Origin: Eledone cirrhosa
Lineage: Eukaryota
Reading direction: 5' to 3'
NCBI GenBank assembly: GCA_964016885.1
Contig: OZ024740.1
Coordinates: 318,184,001-318,248,000 of the forward strand
DNA: 64,000 nucleotides
Part shown: positions 1 to 15,619 of the stretch, one piece after another
Layout: the number at the start of each line of letters is the position of its first letter
How positions within the stretch are numbered: the first letter of the stretch is position 1
Program-made: the position numbers and the translations under genes
Notes under the pieces: model-generated
The model's database searches: none
The model's input: only the letters and a program-made list of their open reading frames with translations
What the model was told of the DNA's origin: nothing

Positions 1-3000
1 CTGACATTCTAACGACTCTACCAATTCGCTGTCTTTCTACTACAATACTCGCAACAAATAATCCAGGATTGTCTCGTCTATTTCCACAACTTACATTCTA
101 TCTGATATTCTAACGACTCTACCAATTCGAAGTCTTTCTACTACAATACTAACAACAAATAATCCAGGATTGTCTCTTCTATTTCCACAACTTACATTCT
201 ATCTGACATTCTAACGACTCTACCAATTCGCTGTATTTCTACTACAATGCTCACATCAAATAATCCAGGATTGTCTCGTCTATTTCCGCAACATACATTC
301 TATCTGACATTCTAACGACTCTACCAATTCGCTGTCTTTCTACTACAATACTCAACAAATAATCCAGGACTGTCTCGTCTATTTCCACAACTTACGTTCT
401 ATCTGACATTCTAAAGACTCTAACAATTCGAAGTCTTTCTACTACAATACTCAGAACAAATAATCCAGGTTTGTCTCGTCTATTTCCACAACTTACATTC
501 TATCTAACATTCTAACGACTCAACCAATTCGAAGCCTTTTTACTACATTACTCACAACAAATAATTCAGGATTGCCCCGTCTATTTCCACAACTTACATT
601 CTACCTGACATTCTAACGACTCTACCAATTCGCTGTCTTTCTACTACAATACTCACAACAAATAATCCAGGATTGTCTCGTCTATTTCCACAACTTACAT
701 TCTATCTGATATACTAACGACTCTACCAATTCGAAGTCTTTCTACTACAATACTCACAACAAATAATCCAGGATTGTCTCTTCTATTTCCACAACTTACA
801 TTCTATCTAACATTCTAACAACTCCACCAATTCGAAATCTTTCTACTGCAATACTCACAACAAATCATCCAGGATTGTCTCGCCTATTTCCACAACTTAC
901 ATTCTATCTTATATTCTAACGACTCTACCAATCCGAAGTCTTTCTACTACAATACTCACAACAAATAATCCAGGATTGTCTCGTCTATTTCCACAACTTG
1001 CATTCTATCTGACATTCTAACGACTCTAACAATTCGAAGTCTTTCTACTACAATACTCACAACAAATAATCCAGGATTGTCTCGTCTATTTCCACAAATT
1101 ACATTCTATCTGACATTTTAACGACTCTACCAATTCGCTGTCTTTCTACTACAATACTCACAACAAATAATCCAGGATTGTCTCGTCTATTTCCACAACT
1201 TACATTCTATCTGATATTCTAACGACTCTACCAATTCGAAGTCTTTCTACTACAATACTCACAACAAATAATCCAGGATTGTCTCGTCTATTTCCACAAC
1301 TTGCATTCTATCTGACATTCTAACGACTCTACCAATTCGAAGTCTTTCTACTACAATACTCACAACAAATAATCCAGGATTGTCTCGTCTATTTCCACGA
1401 ATTACATTCTATCTGACATTCTAACGACTCTACCAATTCGCTGTCTTTCTACTACAATACTCAACAAATAATCCAGGACTGTCTCGTCTATTTCCACAAC
1501 TTACGTTCTATCTGACATTCTAAAGACTCTAACAATTCGAAGTTTTTCTACTACAATACTCAGAACAAATAATCCAGGTTTGTCTCGTCTATTTCCACAA
1601 CTTACATTCTATCTAACATTCTAACGACTCTACCAATTCGAAGCCTTTTTACTACATTACTCACAACAAATAATTCAGGATTGCCCCGTCTATTTCCACA
1701 ACTTACATTCTACCTGACATACTAACGACTCTACCAATTCGCTGTCTTTCTACTACAATACTCACAACAAATAATCCAGGATTGTCTCGTCTATTTCCAC
1801 AACTTACATTCTATCTGATATTCTAACGACTCTACCAATTCGAAGTCTTTCTACTACAATACTAACAACAAATAATCCAGGATTGTCTCTTCTGTTTCCA
1901 CAACTTACATTCTATCTAACATTCTAACAACTCCACCAATTCGAAATCTTTCTACTACAATACTCACAACAAATCATCCAGGATTGTCTCGTCTATTTCC
2001 ACAACTTACATTCTATCTGATATTCTAACGACTCTACCAATTCGAAGTCTTTCTACTACAATACTAACAACAAATAATCCAGGATTGTCTCTTCTATTTC
2101 CACAACTTACATTCTATCTAACATTCTAACAACTCCACCAATTCGAAATCTTTCTACTGCAATACTCACAACAAATCATCCAGGATTGTCTCGTCTATTT
2201 CCACAACTTACATTCTATCTTATATTCTAACGACTCTACCAATCCGAAGTCTTTCTACTACAATACTCACAGCAAATAATCCAGCACTGTTTCGTCTATT
2301 TCCACAACTCACATTCTATCTGACATTCCAACGACTCTACCAATTCGAAGTCTTTCTACTACAATACTCACAACAAATAATCCAGGAATATCTCGTCTAT
2401 TTCCACAACTTACATTCTATCTGACATTGAAACGACTCTATCAATTCGAAGTCTTTCTACTACAATACTCACAACAAATCATCCAGGATTGTCTCGTCTA
2501 TTTCCACAACTTACATTCTATCTGATATTCTAACGACTCTACCAATCCGAAGTCTTTCTACTACAATACTCACAACAAATAATCCAGGATTGTCTCGTCT
2601 ATTTCCACAACTTGCATTCTATCTGACATTCTAACGACTCTACCAATTCAAAGTCTTTCTACTACAATACTCACAACAAATAATCCAGGATTGTCTCGTC
2701 TATTTCCACAAATTACATTCTATCTGTCATTCTAACGACTCTACCAATTCGCTGTCTTTCTACTACAATACTCACAACAAATAATCCAGGATTGTCTCGT
2801 CTATTTCCACAACTTACATTCTATCTGATATTCTAACGACTCTACCAATTCGAAGTCTTTCTACTACAATACTCACAACAAATAATCCAGGATTGTCTCT
2901 TCTATTTCCACAACTTACATTCTATCTAACATTCTAACAACTCCACCAATTCGAAATCTTTCTACTACAATACTCACAACAAATCCTCCAGGATTGTCTC

Positions 3001-6000
3001 GTTTATTTCCACAACTTACATTCTATCTGATATTCTAACGACTCTACCAATCCGAAGTCTTTCTACTACAATACTCACAACAAATAATCCAGGATTGTCT
3101 CGTCTATTTCCACAACTTACATTCTATCTGACGTTCTAACGACTCTACCAATTCGCTGTATTTCTACTACAATACTCACAACAAATAATCCAGCACTGTT
3201 TCGTCTATTTCCACAACTCACATTCTATCTGACATTCTAACGACTCTACCAATTCGAAGTCTTTCTACTACAATACTCACAACAAATAATCCAGGAATAT
3301 CTCGTCTATTTCCACGACTTACATTCTATCTGACTTTGAAACGACTCTATCAATTCGAAGTCTTTCTACTACAATACTAACTTCAAATAATCCAGGATTG
3401 TCTCGTCTATTTCCACAACTTACATTCTATCTGACATTCTAACGACTCTACCAATTCGAAGTCTTTCTACTACTATACTAATAAAAATAATCTAGGATTG
3501 TCTCGTCTATTTCCACAACTTACATTCTATCTGCCATTCTAACGACTCTACCAATTCGCTGTCTTTCTACTACAATACTCAACAAATAATCCAGGACTGT
3601 CTCGTCTATTTCCACAACTTACGTTCTATCTGACATTCTAAAGACTCTAACAATTCGAAGTCTTTCTACTACAATACTCAGAACAAATAATCCAGGTTTG
3701 TCTCTTCTATTTCCACAACTTACATTCTATCTGACATTCTAACGACTCTACCAATTCGCTGTATTTCTACTACAATACTCACATCAAATAATCCAGGATT
3801 GTCTCGTCTATTTCCACAACTTACATTCTATCTGACTTTGAAACGACTCTATCAATTCGAAGTCTTTCTACTACAATACTAACTTCAAATAATCCAGGAT
3901 TGTCTCGTCTATTTCCACAACTTACATTCTATCTGATATTCTAACGACTCTACCAATCCGAAGTCTTTCTACTACAATACTCACAACAAATAATCCAGGA
4001 TTGTCTCGTCTATTTCCACAACTTGCATTCTATCTGACATTCTAACGACTCTACCAATTCGAAGTCTTTCTACTACAATACTCACAACAAATAATCCAGG
4101 ATTGTCTCGTCTATTTCCACAAATTACATTCTATCTGACATTCTAACGACTCTACCAATTCGCTGTCTTTCTACTACAATACTCGCAACAAATAATCCAG
4201 GATTGTCTCGTCTATTTCCACAACTTACATTCTATCTGATATTCTAACGACTCTACCAATTCGAAGTCTTTCTACTACAATACTAACAACAAATAATCCA
4301 GGATTGTCTCTTCTATTTCCACAACTTACATTCTATCTGACATTCTAACGACTCTACCAATTCGCTGTATTTCTACTACAATGCTCACATCAAATAATCC
4401 AGGATTGTCTCGTCTATTTCCGCAACATACATTCTATCTGACATTCTAACGACTCTACCAATTCGCTGTCTTTCTACTACAATACTCAACAAATAATCCA
4501 GGACTGTCTCGTCTATTTCCACAACTTACGTTCTATCTGACATTCTAAAGACTCTAACAATTCGAAGTCTTTCTACTACAATACTCAGAACAAATAATCC
4601 AGGTTTGTCTCGTCTATTTCCACAACTTACATTCTATCTAACATTCTAACGACTCTACCAATTCGAAGTCTTTCTACTACAATACTCACAACAAATAATC
4701 CAGGATTGTCTCTTCTATTTCCACAACTTACATTCTATCTAACATTCTAACAACTCCACCAATTCGAAATCTTTCTACTGCAATACTCACAACAAATCAT
4801 CCAGGATTGTCTCGTCTATTTCCACAACTTACATTCTATCTTATATTCTAACGACTCTACCAATCCGAAGTCTTTCTACTACAATACTCACAACAAATAA
4901 TCCAGGATTGTCTCGTCTATTTCCACAACTTGCATTCTATCTGACATTCTAACGACTCTACCAATTCGAAGTCTTTCTACTATAATACTCACAACAAATA
5001 ATCCAGGATTGTCTCGTCTATTTCCACAAATTACATTCTATCTGACATTCTAACGACTCTACCAATTCGCTGTCTTTCTACTACAATACTCACAACAAAT
5101 AATCCAGGATTGTCTCGTCTATTTCCACAACTTACATTCTATCTGATATTCTAACGACTCTACCAATTCGAAGTCTTTCTACTACAATACACACAACAAA
5201 TAATCCAGGATTGTCTCGTCTATTTCCACAACTTGCATTCTATCTGACATTCTAACGACTCTACCAATTCGAAGTCTTTCTACTACAATACTCACAACAA
5301 ATAATCCAGGATTGTCTCGTCTATTTCCACGAATTACATTCTATCTGACATTCTAACGACTCTACCAATTCGCTGTCTTTCTACTACAATACTCAACAAA
5401 TAATCCAGGACTGTCTCGTCTATTTCCACAACTTACGTTCTATCTGACATTCTAAAGACTCTAACAATTCGAAGTTTTTCTACTACAATACTCAGAACAA
5501 ATAATCCAGGTTTGTCTCGTCTATTTCCACAACTTACATTCTATCTAACATTCTAACGACTCTACCAATTCGAAGCCTTTTTACTACATTACTCACAACA
5601 AATAATTCAGGATTGCCCCGTCTATTTCCACAACTTACATTCTACCTGACATACTAACGACTCTACCAATTCGCTGTCTTTCTACTACAATACTCACAAC
5701 AAATAATCCAGGATTGTCTCGTCTATTTCCACAACTTACATTCTATCTGATATTCTAACGACTCTACCAATTCGAAGTCTTTCTACTACAATACTAACAA
5801 CAAATAATCCAGGATTGTCTCTTCTGTTTCCACAACTTACATTCTATCTAACATTCTAACAACTCCACCAATTCGAAATCTTTCTACTACAATACTCACA
5901 ACAAATCATCCAGGATTGTCTCGTCTATTTCCACAACTTACATTCTATCTGATATTCTAACGACTCTACCAATTCGAAGTCTTTCTACTACAATACTAAC
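1..6000. repeat. Duplicated block: about 1-2100 repeated at about 4135-6000, the second copy lacking two monomers
   Basis: Rare variant caatgctcacatc at 249 and 4383 (offset 4134). tactgcaat at 848/4780 and ccacgaatt at 1399/5331 (offset 3932 = 4134 - 202). Confidence 0.8.
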
Positions 6001-7039
6001 AACAAATAATCCAGGATTGTCTCTTCTATTTCCACAAATTACATTCTATCTGACATTCTAACGACTCTACCAATTCGCTGTATTTCTACTACAATACTCA
6101 CATCAAATAATCCAGGATTGTCTCGTCTATTTCCACAACTTACATTCTATCTGACTTTGAAACGACTCTATCAATTCGAAGTCTTTCTACTACAATACTA
6201 ACTTCAAATAATCCAGGATTGTCTCGTCTATTTCCACAACTTACATTCTATCTGATATTCTAACGACTCTACCAATCCGAAGTCTTTCTACTACAATACT
6301 CACAACAAATAATCCAGGATTGTCTCGTCTATTTCCACAACTTGCATTCTATCTGACATTCTAACGACTCTACCAATTCGAAGTCTTTCTACTACAATAC
6401 TCACAACAAATAATCCAGGATTGTCTCGTCTATTTCCACAAATTACATTCTATCTGACATTCTAACGACTCTACCAATTCGCTGTCTTTCTACTACAATA
6501 CTCGCAACAAATAATCCAGGATTGTCTCGTCTATTTCCACAACTTACATTTATCTGATATTCTAACGACTCTACCAATTCGAAGTCTTTCTACTACAATA
6601 CTAACAACAAATAATCCAGGATTGTCTCTTCTATTTCCACAACTTACATTCTATCTGACATTCTAACGACTCTACCAATTCGCTGTATTTCTACTACAAT
6701 ACTCACATCAAATAATCCAGGATTGTCTCGTCTATTTCCGCTACATACATTCTATCTGACATTCTAACGACTCTACCAATTCGCTGTCTTTCTACTACAA
6801 TACTCAACAAATAATCCAGGACTGTCTCGTCTATTTCCACAACTTACGTTCTATCTGACATTCTAACGACTCTACCAATTCGAAGTCTTTCTACTACAAT
6901 ACTCACAACAAATAATCCAGGATTGTCTCGTCTATTTCCACAAATTACATTCTATCTGACATTCTAACGATTCTACCAATTCGCTGTCTTTCTACTACAA
7001 TACTCACAACAAATAATCCAGGATTGTCTCGTCTATTTC

Positions 7040-10000
7040 CACAACTTTCATTCTATCTGATATTCTAACGACTCTACCAATTCGAAGTCTTTCTACTACA
7101 ATACTCACAACAAATAATCCAGGATTGTCTCGTCTATTTCCACAACTTGCATTCTATCTGACATTCTAACGACTCTACCAATTCGAAGTCTTTCTACTAC
7201 AATACTCACAACAAATAATCCAGGATTGTCTCGTCTATTTCCACGAATTACATTCTATCTGACATTCTAACGACTCTACCAATTCGCTGTCTTTCTACTA
7301 CAATACTCAACAAATAATCCAGGACTGTCTCGTCTATTTCCACAACTTACGTTCTATCTGACATTCTAAAGACTCTAACAATTCGAAGTTTTTCTCCTAC
7401 AATACTCAGAACAAATAATCCAGGTTTGTCTCGTCTATTTCCACAACTTACATTCTATCTAACATTCTAACGACTCTACCAATTCGAAGCCTTTTTACTA
7501 CATTACTCACAACAAATAATTCAGGATTGCCCCGTCTATTTCCACAACTTACATTCTACCTGACATACTAACGACTCTACCAATTCGCTGTCTTTCTACT
7601 ACAATACTCACAACAAATAATCCAGGATTGTCTCGTCTATTTCCACAACTTACATTCTATCTGATATTCTAACGACTCTACCAATTCGAAGTCTTTCTAC
7701 TACAATACTAACAACAAATAATCCAGGATTGTCTCTTCTGTTTCCACAACTTACATTCTATCTAACATTCTAACAACTCCACCAATTCGAAATCTTTCTA
7801 CTACAATACTCACAACAAATCATCCAGGATTGTCTCGTCTATTTCCACAACTTACATTCTATCTGATATTCTAACGACTCTACCAATTCGAAGTCTTTCT
7901 ACTACAATACTAACAACAAATAATCCAGGATTGTCTCTTCTATTTCCACAACTTACATTCTATCTGATATTCTAACGACTCTACCAATTCGAATCTTTCT
8001 ACTACAATACTCACAACAAATAATACAGGATTGGCTCGTCTATTTCCACAACTTACATTCTATCTGACGTTCTAACGACTCTACCAATTCGCTGTATTTC
8101 TACTACAATACTCACAACAAATAATCCAGCACTGTTTCGTCTATTTCCACAACTCACATTCTATCTGACATTCTAACGACTCTACCAATTCGAAGTCTTT
8201 CTACTACAATACTCACAACAAATAATCCCGGAATATCCCGTCTATTTCCACAACTTAAATTCTATCTGACTTTGAAATGACTCTATCAATTCGAAGTCTT
8301 TCTACTACAATACTAACTTCAAATAATCCAGGATTGTCTCGTCTATTTCCACAACTTACATTCTATCTGACATTCTAACGACTCTACCAATTCGCTGTCT
8401 TTCTACTACAATACTCAACAAATAATCCAGGATCGTCTCGTCTATTTCCACAACTTACGTTCTATCTGACATTCTAAAGACTCTAACAATTCGAAGTCTT
8501 TCTACTACAATACTCAGAACAAATAATCCAGGTTTGTCTCGTCTATTTCCACAACTTACATTCTATCTAACATTCTAACGACTCTACCAATTCGAAGCCT
8601 TTTTACTAAATAACTCACAACAAATAATTCAGGATTGTCTCGTCTATTTCCACAAATTACGTTCTATCTGACATTCTAAAGACTCTACCAATTCGCTGTC
8701 TTTCTACTACAATACTCGCAACAAATAATCGAGGATTGTCTCGTCTATTTCCACAACTTACATTCTATCTGATATTCTAACGACTCTACCAATTCGAAGT
8801 CTTTCTACTACAATACTAACAACAAATAATCCAGGATTGTCTCTTCTATTTCCACAACTTACATTCTATCTGATATTCTAACGACTCTACCAATTCGAAT
8901 CTTTCTACTACAATACTCACAACAAATAATACAGGATTGGCTCGTCTATTTCCACAACTTTCATTCTATCTGATATTCTAACGACTCTACCAATTCGAAG
9001 TCTTTCTACTACAATACTCACAACAAATAATCCAGGATTGTCTCGTCTATTTCCACAACTTGCATTCTATCTGACATTCTAACGACTCTACCAATTCGAA
9101 GTCTTTCTACTACAATACTCACAACAAATAAACCAGGATTGTCTCGTCTATTTCCACGAATTACATTCTATCTGACATTCTAACGACTCTACCAATTCGC
9201 TGTCTTTCTACTACAATACTCAACAAATAATCCAGGACTGTCTCGTCTATTTCCACAACTTACGTTCTATCTGACATTCTAAAGACTCTAACAATTCGAA
9301 GTTTTTCTCCTACAATACTCAGAACAAATAATCCAGGTTTGTCTCGTCTATTTCCACAACTTACATTCTATCTAACATTCTAACGACTCTACCAATTCGA
9401 AGCCTTTTTACTACATTACTCACAACAAATAATTCAGGATTGCCCCGTCTATTTCCACAACTTCCATTCTACCTGACATACTAACGACTCTACCAATTCG
9501 CTGTCTTTCTACTACAATACTCACAACAAATAATCCAGGATTGTCTCGTCTATTTCCACAACTTACATTCTATCTGATATTCTAACGACTCTACCAATTC
9601 GAAGTCTTTCTACTACAATACTAACAACAAATAATCCAGGATTGTCTCTTCTGTTTCCACAACTTACATTCTATCTAACATTCTAACAACTCCACCAATT
9701 CGAAATCTTTCTACTACAATACTCACAACAAATCATCCAGGATTGTCTCGTCTATTTCCACAACTTACATTCTATCTGATATTCTAACGACTCTACCAAT
9801 TCGAAGTCTTTCTACTACAATACTAACAACAAATAATCCAGGATTGTCTCTTCTATTTCCACAACTTACATTCTATCTGATATTCTAACGACTCTACCAA
9901 TTCGAATCTTTCTACTACAATACTCACAACAAATAATACAGGATTGGCTCGTCTATTTCCACAACTTACATTCTATCTGACGTTCTAACGACTCTACCAA

Positions 10001-10860
10001 TTCGCTGTATTTCTACTACAATACTCACAACAAATAATCCAGCACTGTTTCGTCTATTTCCACAACTCACATTCTATCTGACATTCTAACGACTCTACCA
10101 ATTCGAAGTCTTTCTACTACAATACTCACAACAAATAATCCAGGAATATCTCGTCTATTTCCACAACTTAAATTCTATCTGACTTTGAAATGACTCTATC
10201 AATTCGAAGTCTTTCTACTACAATACTAACTTCAAATAATCCAGGATTGTCTCGTCTATTTCCACAACTTACATTCTATCTGACATTCTAACGACTCTAC
10301 CAATTCGCTGTCTTTCTACTACAATACTCAACAAATAATCCAGGATTGTCTCGTCTATTTCCACAACTTACGTTCTATCTGACATTCTAAAGACTCTAAC
10401 AATTCGAAGTCTTTCTACTACAATACTCAGAACAAATAATCCAGGTTTGTCTCGTCTATTTCCACAACTTACATTCTATCTAACATTCTAACGACTCTAC
10501 CAATTCGAAGCCTTTTTACTAAATAACTCACAACAAATAATTCAGGATTGTCTCGTCTATTTCCACAAATTACGTTCTATCTGACATTCTAAAGACTCTA
10601 CCAATTCGCTGTCTTTCTACTACAATACTCGCAACAAATAATCGAGGATTGTCTCGTCTATTTCCACAACTTACATTCTATCTGATATTCTAACGACTCT
10701 ACCAATTCGAAGTCTTTCTACTACAATACTAACAACAAATAATCCAGGATTGTCTCTTCTATTTCCACAACTTACATTCTATCTGATATTCTAACGACTC
10801 TACCAATTCGAATCTTTCTACTACAATACTCACAACAAATAATACAGGATTGGCTCGTCT
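7040..10860. repeat. Tandem duplication with a 1913-bp period (19 monomers)
   Basis: actttcattc at 7048/8961, ccacgaatt at 7245/9158, tttctcctac at 7391/9304, ccagcactg at 8126/10039 and aatcgagg at 8731/10644 are all offset by 1913. Confidence 0.85.
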
Positions 10861-13800
10861 ATTTCCACAACTTACATTCTATCTGACGTTCTAACGACTC
10901 TACCAATTCGCTGTATTTCTACTACAATACTCACAACAAATAATCCAGCACTGTTTCGTCTATTTCCACAACTCACATTCTATCTGACATTCTAACGACT
11001 CTACCAATTCGAAGTCTTTCTACTACAATACTCACAACAAATAATCCAGGAATATCTCGTCTATTTCCACAACTTAAATTCTATCTGACTTTGAAACGAC
11101 TCTATCAATTCGAAGTCTTTCTACTACAATACTAACTTCAAATAATCCAGGATTGTCTCGTCTATTTCCATAACTTACATTCTATCTGACATTCTAACGA
11201 CTCTACCAATTCGCTGTCTTTCTACTACAATACTCAACAAATAATCCAGGATTGTCTCGTCTATTTCCACAACTTACGTTCTATCTGACATTCTAAAGAC
11301 TCTAACAATTCGAAGTCTTTCTACTACAATACTCAGAACAAATAATCCAGGTTTGTCTCGTCTATTTCCACAACTTACATTCTATCTAACATTCTAACGA
11401 CTCAACCAATTCGAAGCCTTTTTACTACATTACTCACAACAAATAATTCAGGATTGCCCCGTCTATTTCCACAACTTACATTCTACCTGACATTCTAACG
11501 ACTCTACCAATTCGCTGTCTTTCTACTACAATACTCACAACAAATAATCCAGGATTGTCTCGTCTATTTCCACAACTTACATTCTATCTGATATACTAAC
11601 GACTCTACCAATTCGAACTCTTTCTACTACAATACTCTCAACAAATAATCCAGGATTGTCTCTTCTATTTCCACAACTTACATTCTATCTAACATTCTAA
11701 CAACTCCACCAATTCGAAATCATTCTACTACAATACTCACAACAAATCATCCAGGATTGTCTCGTCTATTTCCACAACTTACATTCTATCTGATATTCTA
11801 ACGACTCTACCAATCCGAAGTCTTTCTACTACAATACTCACAACAAATAATCCAGGATTGTCTCGTCTATTTCCACAACTTGCATTCTATCTGACATTCT
11901 AACGACTCTACCAATTCGAAGTCTTTCTACTACAATACTCACAACAAATAATCCAGGATTGTCTCGTCTATTTCCACAAATTACATTCTATCTGACATTC
12001 TAACGACTCTACCAATTCGCTGTCTTTCTACTACAATACTCACAACAAATAATCCAGGACTGTCTCGTCTATTTCCACAACTTACGTTCTCTCTGACATT
12101 CTAAAGACTCTAACAATTCGAAGTTTTTCTACTACAATACTCAGAACAAATAATCCAGGTTTGTCTCGTCTATTTCCACAACTTACATTCTATCTAACAT
12201 TCTAACGACTCTACCAATTCGCTGTCTTTCTACTACAATACTCACAACAAATAATCCAGGATTGTCTCGTCTATTTCCACAACTTACATTCTATCTGATA
12301 TTCTAACGACTCTACCAATTCGAAGTCTTTCTACTACAATACTAACAACAAATAATCCAGGATTGTCTCTTCTGTTTCCACAACTTACATTCTATCTAAC
12401 ATTCTAACAACTCCACCTATTCGAAATCTTTCTACTACAATACTCACAACAAATCATCCAGGATTGTCTCGTCTATTTCCACAACTTACATTCTATCTGA
12501 TATTCTAACGACTCTACCAATTCGAAGTCTTTCTACTACAATACTAACAACAAATAATCCAGGATTGTCTCTTCTATTTCCACAACTTACATTCTATCTG
12601 ATATTCTAACGACTCTACCAATTCGAATCTTTCTACTACAATACTCACAACAAATAATACAGGATTGGCTCGTCTATTTCCACAACTTACATTCTATCTG
12701 ACGTTCTAACGACTCTACCAATTCGCTGTATTTCTACTACAATACTCACAACAAATAATCCAGCACTGTTTCGTCTATTTCCACAACTCACATTCTATCT
12801 GACATTCTAACGACTCTACCAATTCGAAGTCTTTCTACTACAATACTCACAACAAATAATCCAGGAATATCTCGTCTATTTCCACAACTTAAATTCTATC
12901 TGACTTTGAAACGACTCTATCAATTCGAAGTCTTTCTACTACAATACTAACTTCAAATAATCCAGGATTGTCTCGTCTATTTCCACGAATTACATTCTAT
13001 CTGACATTCTAACGACTCTACCAATTCGCTGTCTTTCTACTACAATACTCAACAAATAATCCAGGACTGTCTCGTCTATTTCCACAACTTACGTTCTATC
13101 TGACATTCTAAAGACTCTAACAATTCGAAGTTTTTCTACTACAATACTCAGAACAAATAATCCAGGTTTGTCTCGTCTATTTCCACAACTTACATTCTAT
13201 CTAACATTCTAACGACTCTACCAATTCGAAGCCTTTTTACTACATTACTCACAACAAATAATTCAGGATTGCCCCGTCTATTTCCACAACTTACATTCTA
13301 CCTGACATACTAACGACTCTACCAATTCGCTGTCTTTCTACTACAATACTCACAACAAATAATCCAGGATTGTCTCGTCTATTTCCACAACTTACATTCT
13401 ATCTGATATTCTAACGACTCTACCAATTCGAAGTCTTTCTACTACAATACTAACAACAAATAATCCAGGATTGTCTCTTCTGTTTCCACAACTTACATTC
13501 TATCTAACATTCTAACAACTCCACCAATTCGAAATCTTTCTACTACAATACTCACAACAAATCATCCAGGATTGTCTCGTCTATTTCCACAACTTACATT
13601 CTATCTGATATTCTAACGACTCTACCAATTCGAAGTCTTTCTACTACAATACTAACAACAAATAATCCAGGATTGTCTCTTCTATTTCCACAACTTACAT
13701 TCTATCTGACATTCTAACGACTCTACCAATTCGCTGTATTTCTACTACAATACTCACATCAAATAATCCAGGATTGTCTCGTCTATTTCCACAACTTACA

Positions 13801-15619
13801 TTCTATCTGACTTTGAAACGACTCTATCAATTCGAAGTCTTTCTACTACAATACTAACTTCAAATAATCCAGGATTGTCTCGTCTATTTCCACAACTTAC
13901 ATTCCATCTGATATTCTAACGACTCTACCAATCCGAAGTCTTTCTACTACAATACTCACAACAAATAATCCAGGATTGTCTCGTCTATTTCCACAACTTG
14001 CATTCTATCTGACATTCTAACGACTCTACCAATTCGAAGTCTTTCTACTACAATACTCACAACAAATAATCCAGGATTGTCTCGTCTATTTCCACAAATT
14101 ACATTCTATCTGACATTCTAACGACTCTACCAATTCGCTGTCTTTCTACTACAATACTCGCAACAAATAATCCAGGATTGTCTCGTCTATTTCCACAACT
14201 TACATTCTATCTGATATTCTAACGACTCTACCAATTCGAAGTCTTTCTACTACAATACTAACAACAAATAATCCAGGATTGTCTCTTCTATTTCCACAAC
14301 TTACATTCTATCTGACATTCTAACGACTCTACCAATTCGCTGTATTTCTACTACAATACTCACATCAAATAATCCAGGATTGTCTCGTCTATTTCCGCAA
14401 CATACATTCTATCTGACATTCTAACGACTCTACCAATTCGCTGTCTTTCTACTACAATACTCAACAAATAATCCAGGACTGTCTCGTCTATTTCCACAAC
14501 TTACGTTCTATCTGACATTCTAACGACTCTACCAATTCGAAGTCTTTCTACTACAATACTCACAACAAATAATCCAGGATTGTCTCGTCTATTTCCACAA
14601 ATTACATTCTATCTGACATTCTAACGATTCTACCAATTCGCTGTCTTTCTACTACAATACTCACAACAAATAATCCAGGATTGTCTCGTCTATTTCCACA
14701 ACTTTCATTCTATCTGATATTCTAACGACTCTACCAATTCGAAGTCTTTCTACTACAATACTCACAACAAATAATCCAGGATTGTCTCGTCTATTTCCAC
14801 GAATTACATTCTATCTGACATTCTAACGACTCTACCAATTCGCTGTCTTTCTACTACAATACTCAACAAATAATCCAGGACTGTCTCGTCTATTTCCACA
14901 ACTTACGTTCTATCTGACATTCTAAAGACTCTAACAATTCGAAGTTTTTCTCCTACAATACTCAGAACAAATAATCCAGGTTTGTCTCGTCTATTTCCAC
15001 AACTTACATTCTATCTAACATTCTAACGACTCTACCAATTCGAAGCCTTTTTACTACATTACTCACAACAAATAATTCAGGATTGCCCCGTCTATTTCCA
15101 CAACTTACATTCTACCTGACATACTAACGACTCTACCAATTCGCTGTCTTTCTACTACAATACTCACAACAAATAATCCAGGATTGTCTCGTCTATTTCC
15201 ACAACTTACATTCTATCTGATATTCTAACGACTCTACCAATTCGAAGTCTTTCTACTACAATACTAACAACAAATAATCCAGGATTGTCTCTTCTGTTTC
15301 CACAACTTACATTCTATCTAACATTCTAACAACTCCACCAATTCGAAATCTTTCTACTACAATACTCACAACAAATCATCCAGGATTGTCTCGTCTATTT
15401 CCACAACTTACATTCTATCTGATATTCTAACGACTCTACCAATTCGAAGTCTTTCTACTACAATACTAACAACAAATAATCCAGGATTGTCTCTTCTATT
15501 TCCACAACTTACATTCTATCTGATATTCTAACGACTCTACCAATTCGAATCTTTCTACTACAATACTCACAACAAATAATACAGGATTGGCTCGTCTATT
15601 TCCACAACTTACATTCTAT

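Noticed and set aside
24-40. CENP-B box at the TTCG motif
   Set aside because: It matches only TTCG and lacks the A and CGGG of NTTCGNNNNANNCGGGN.
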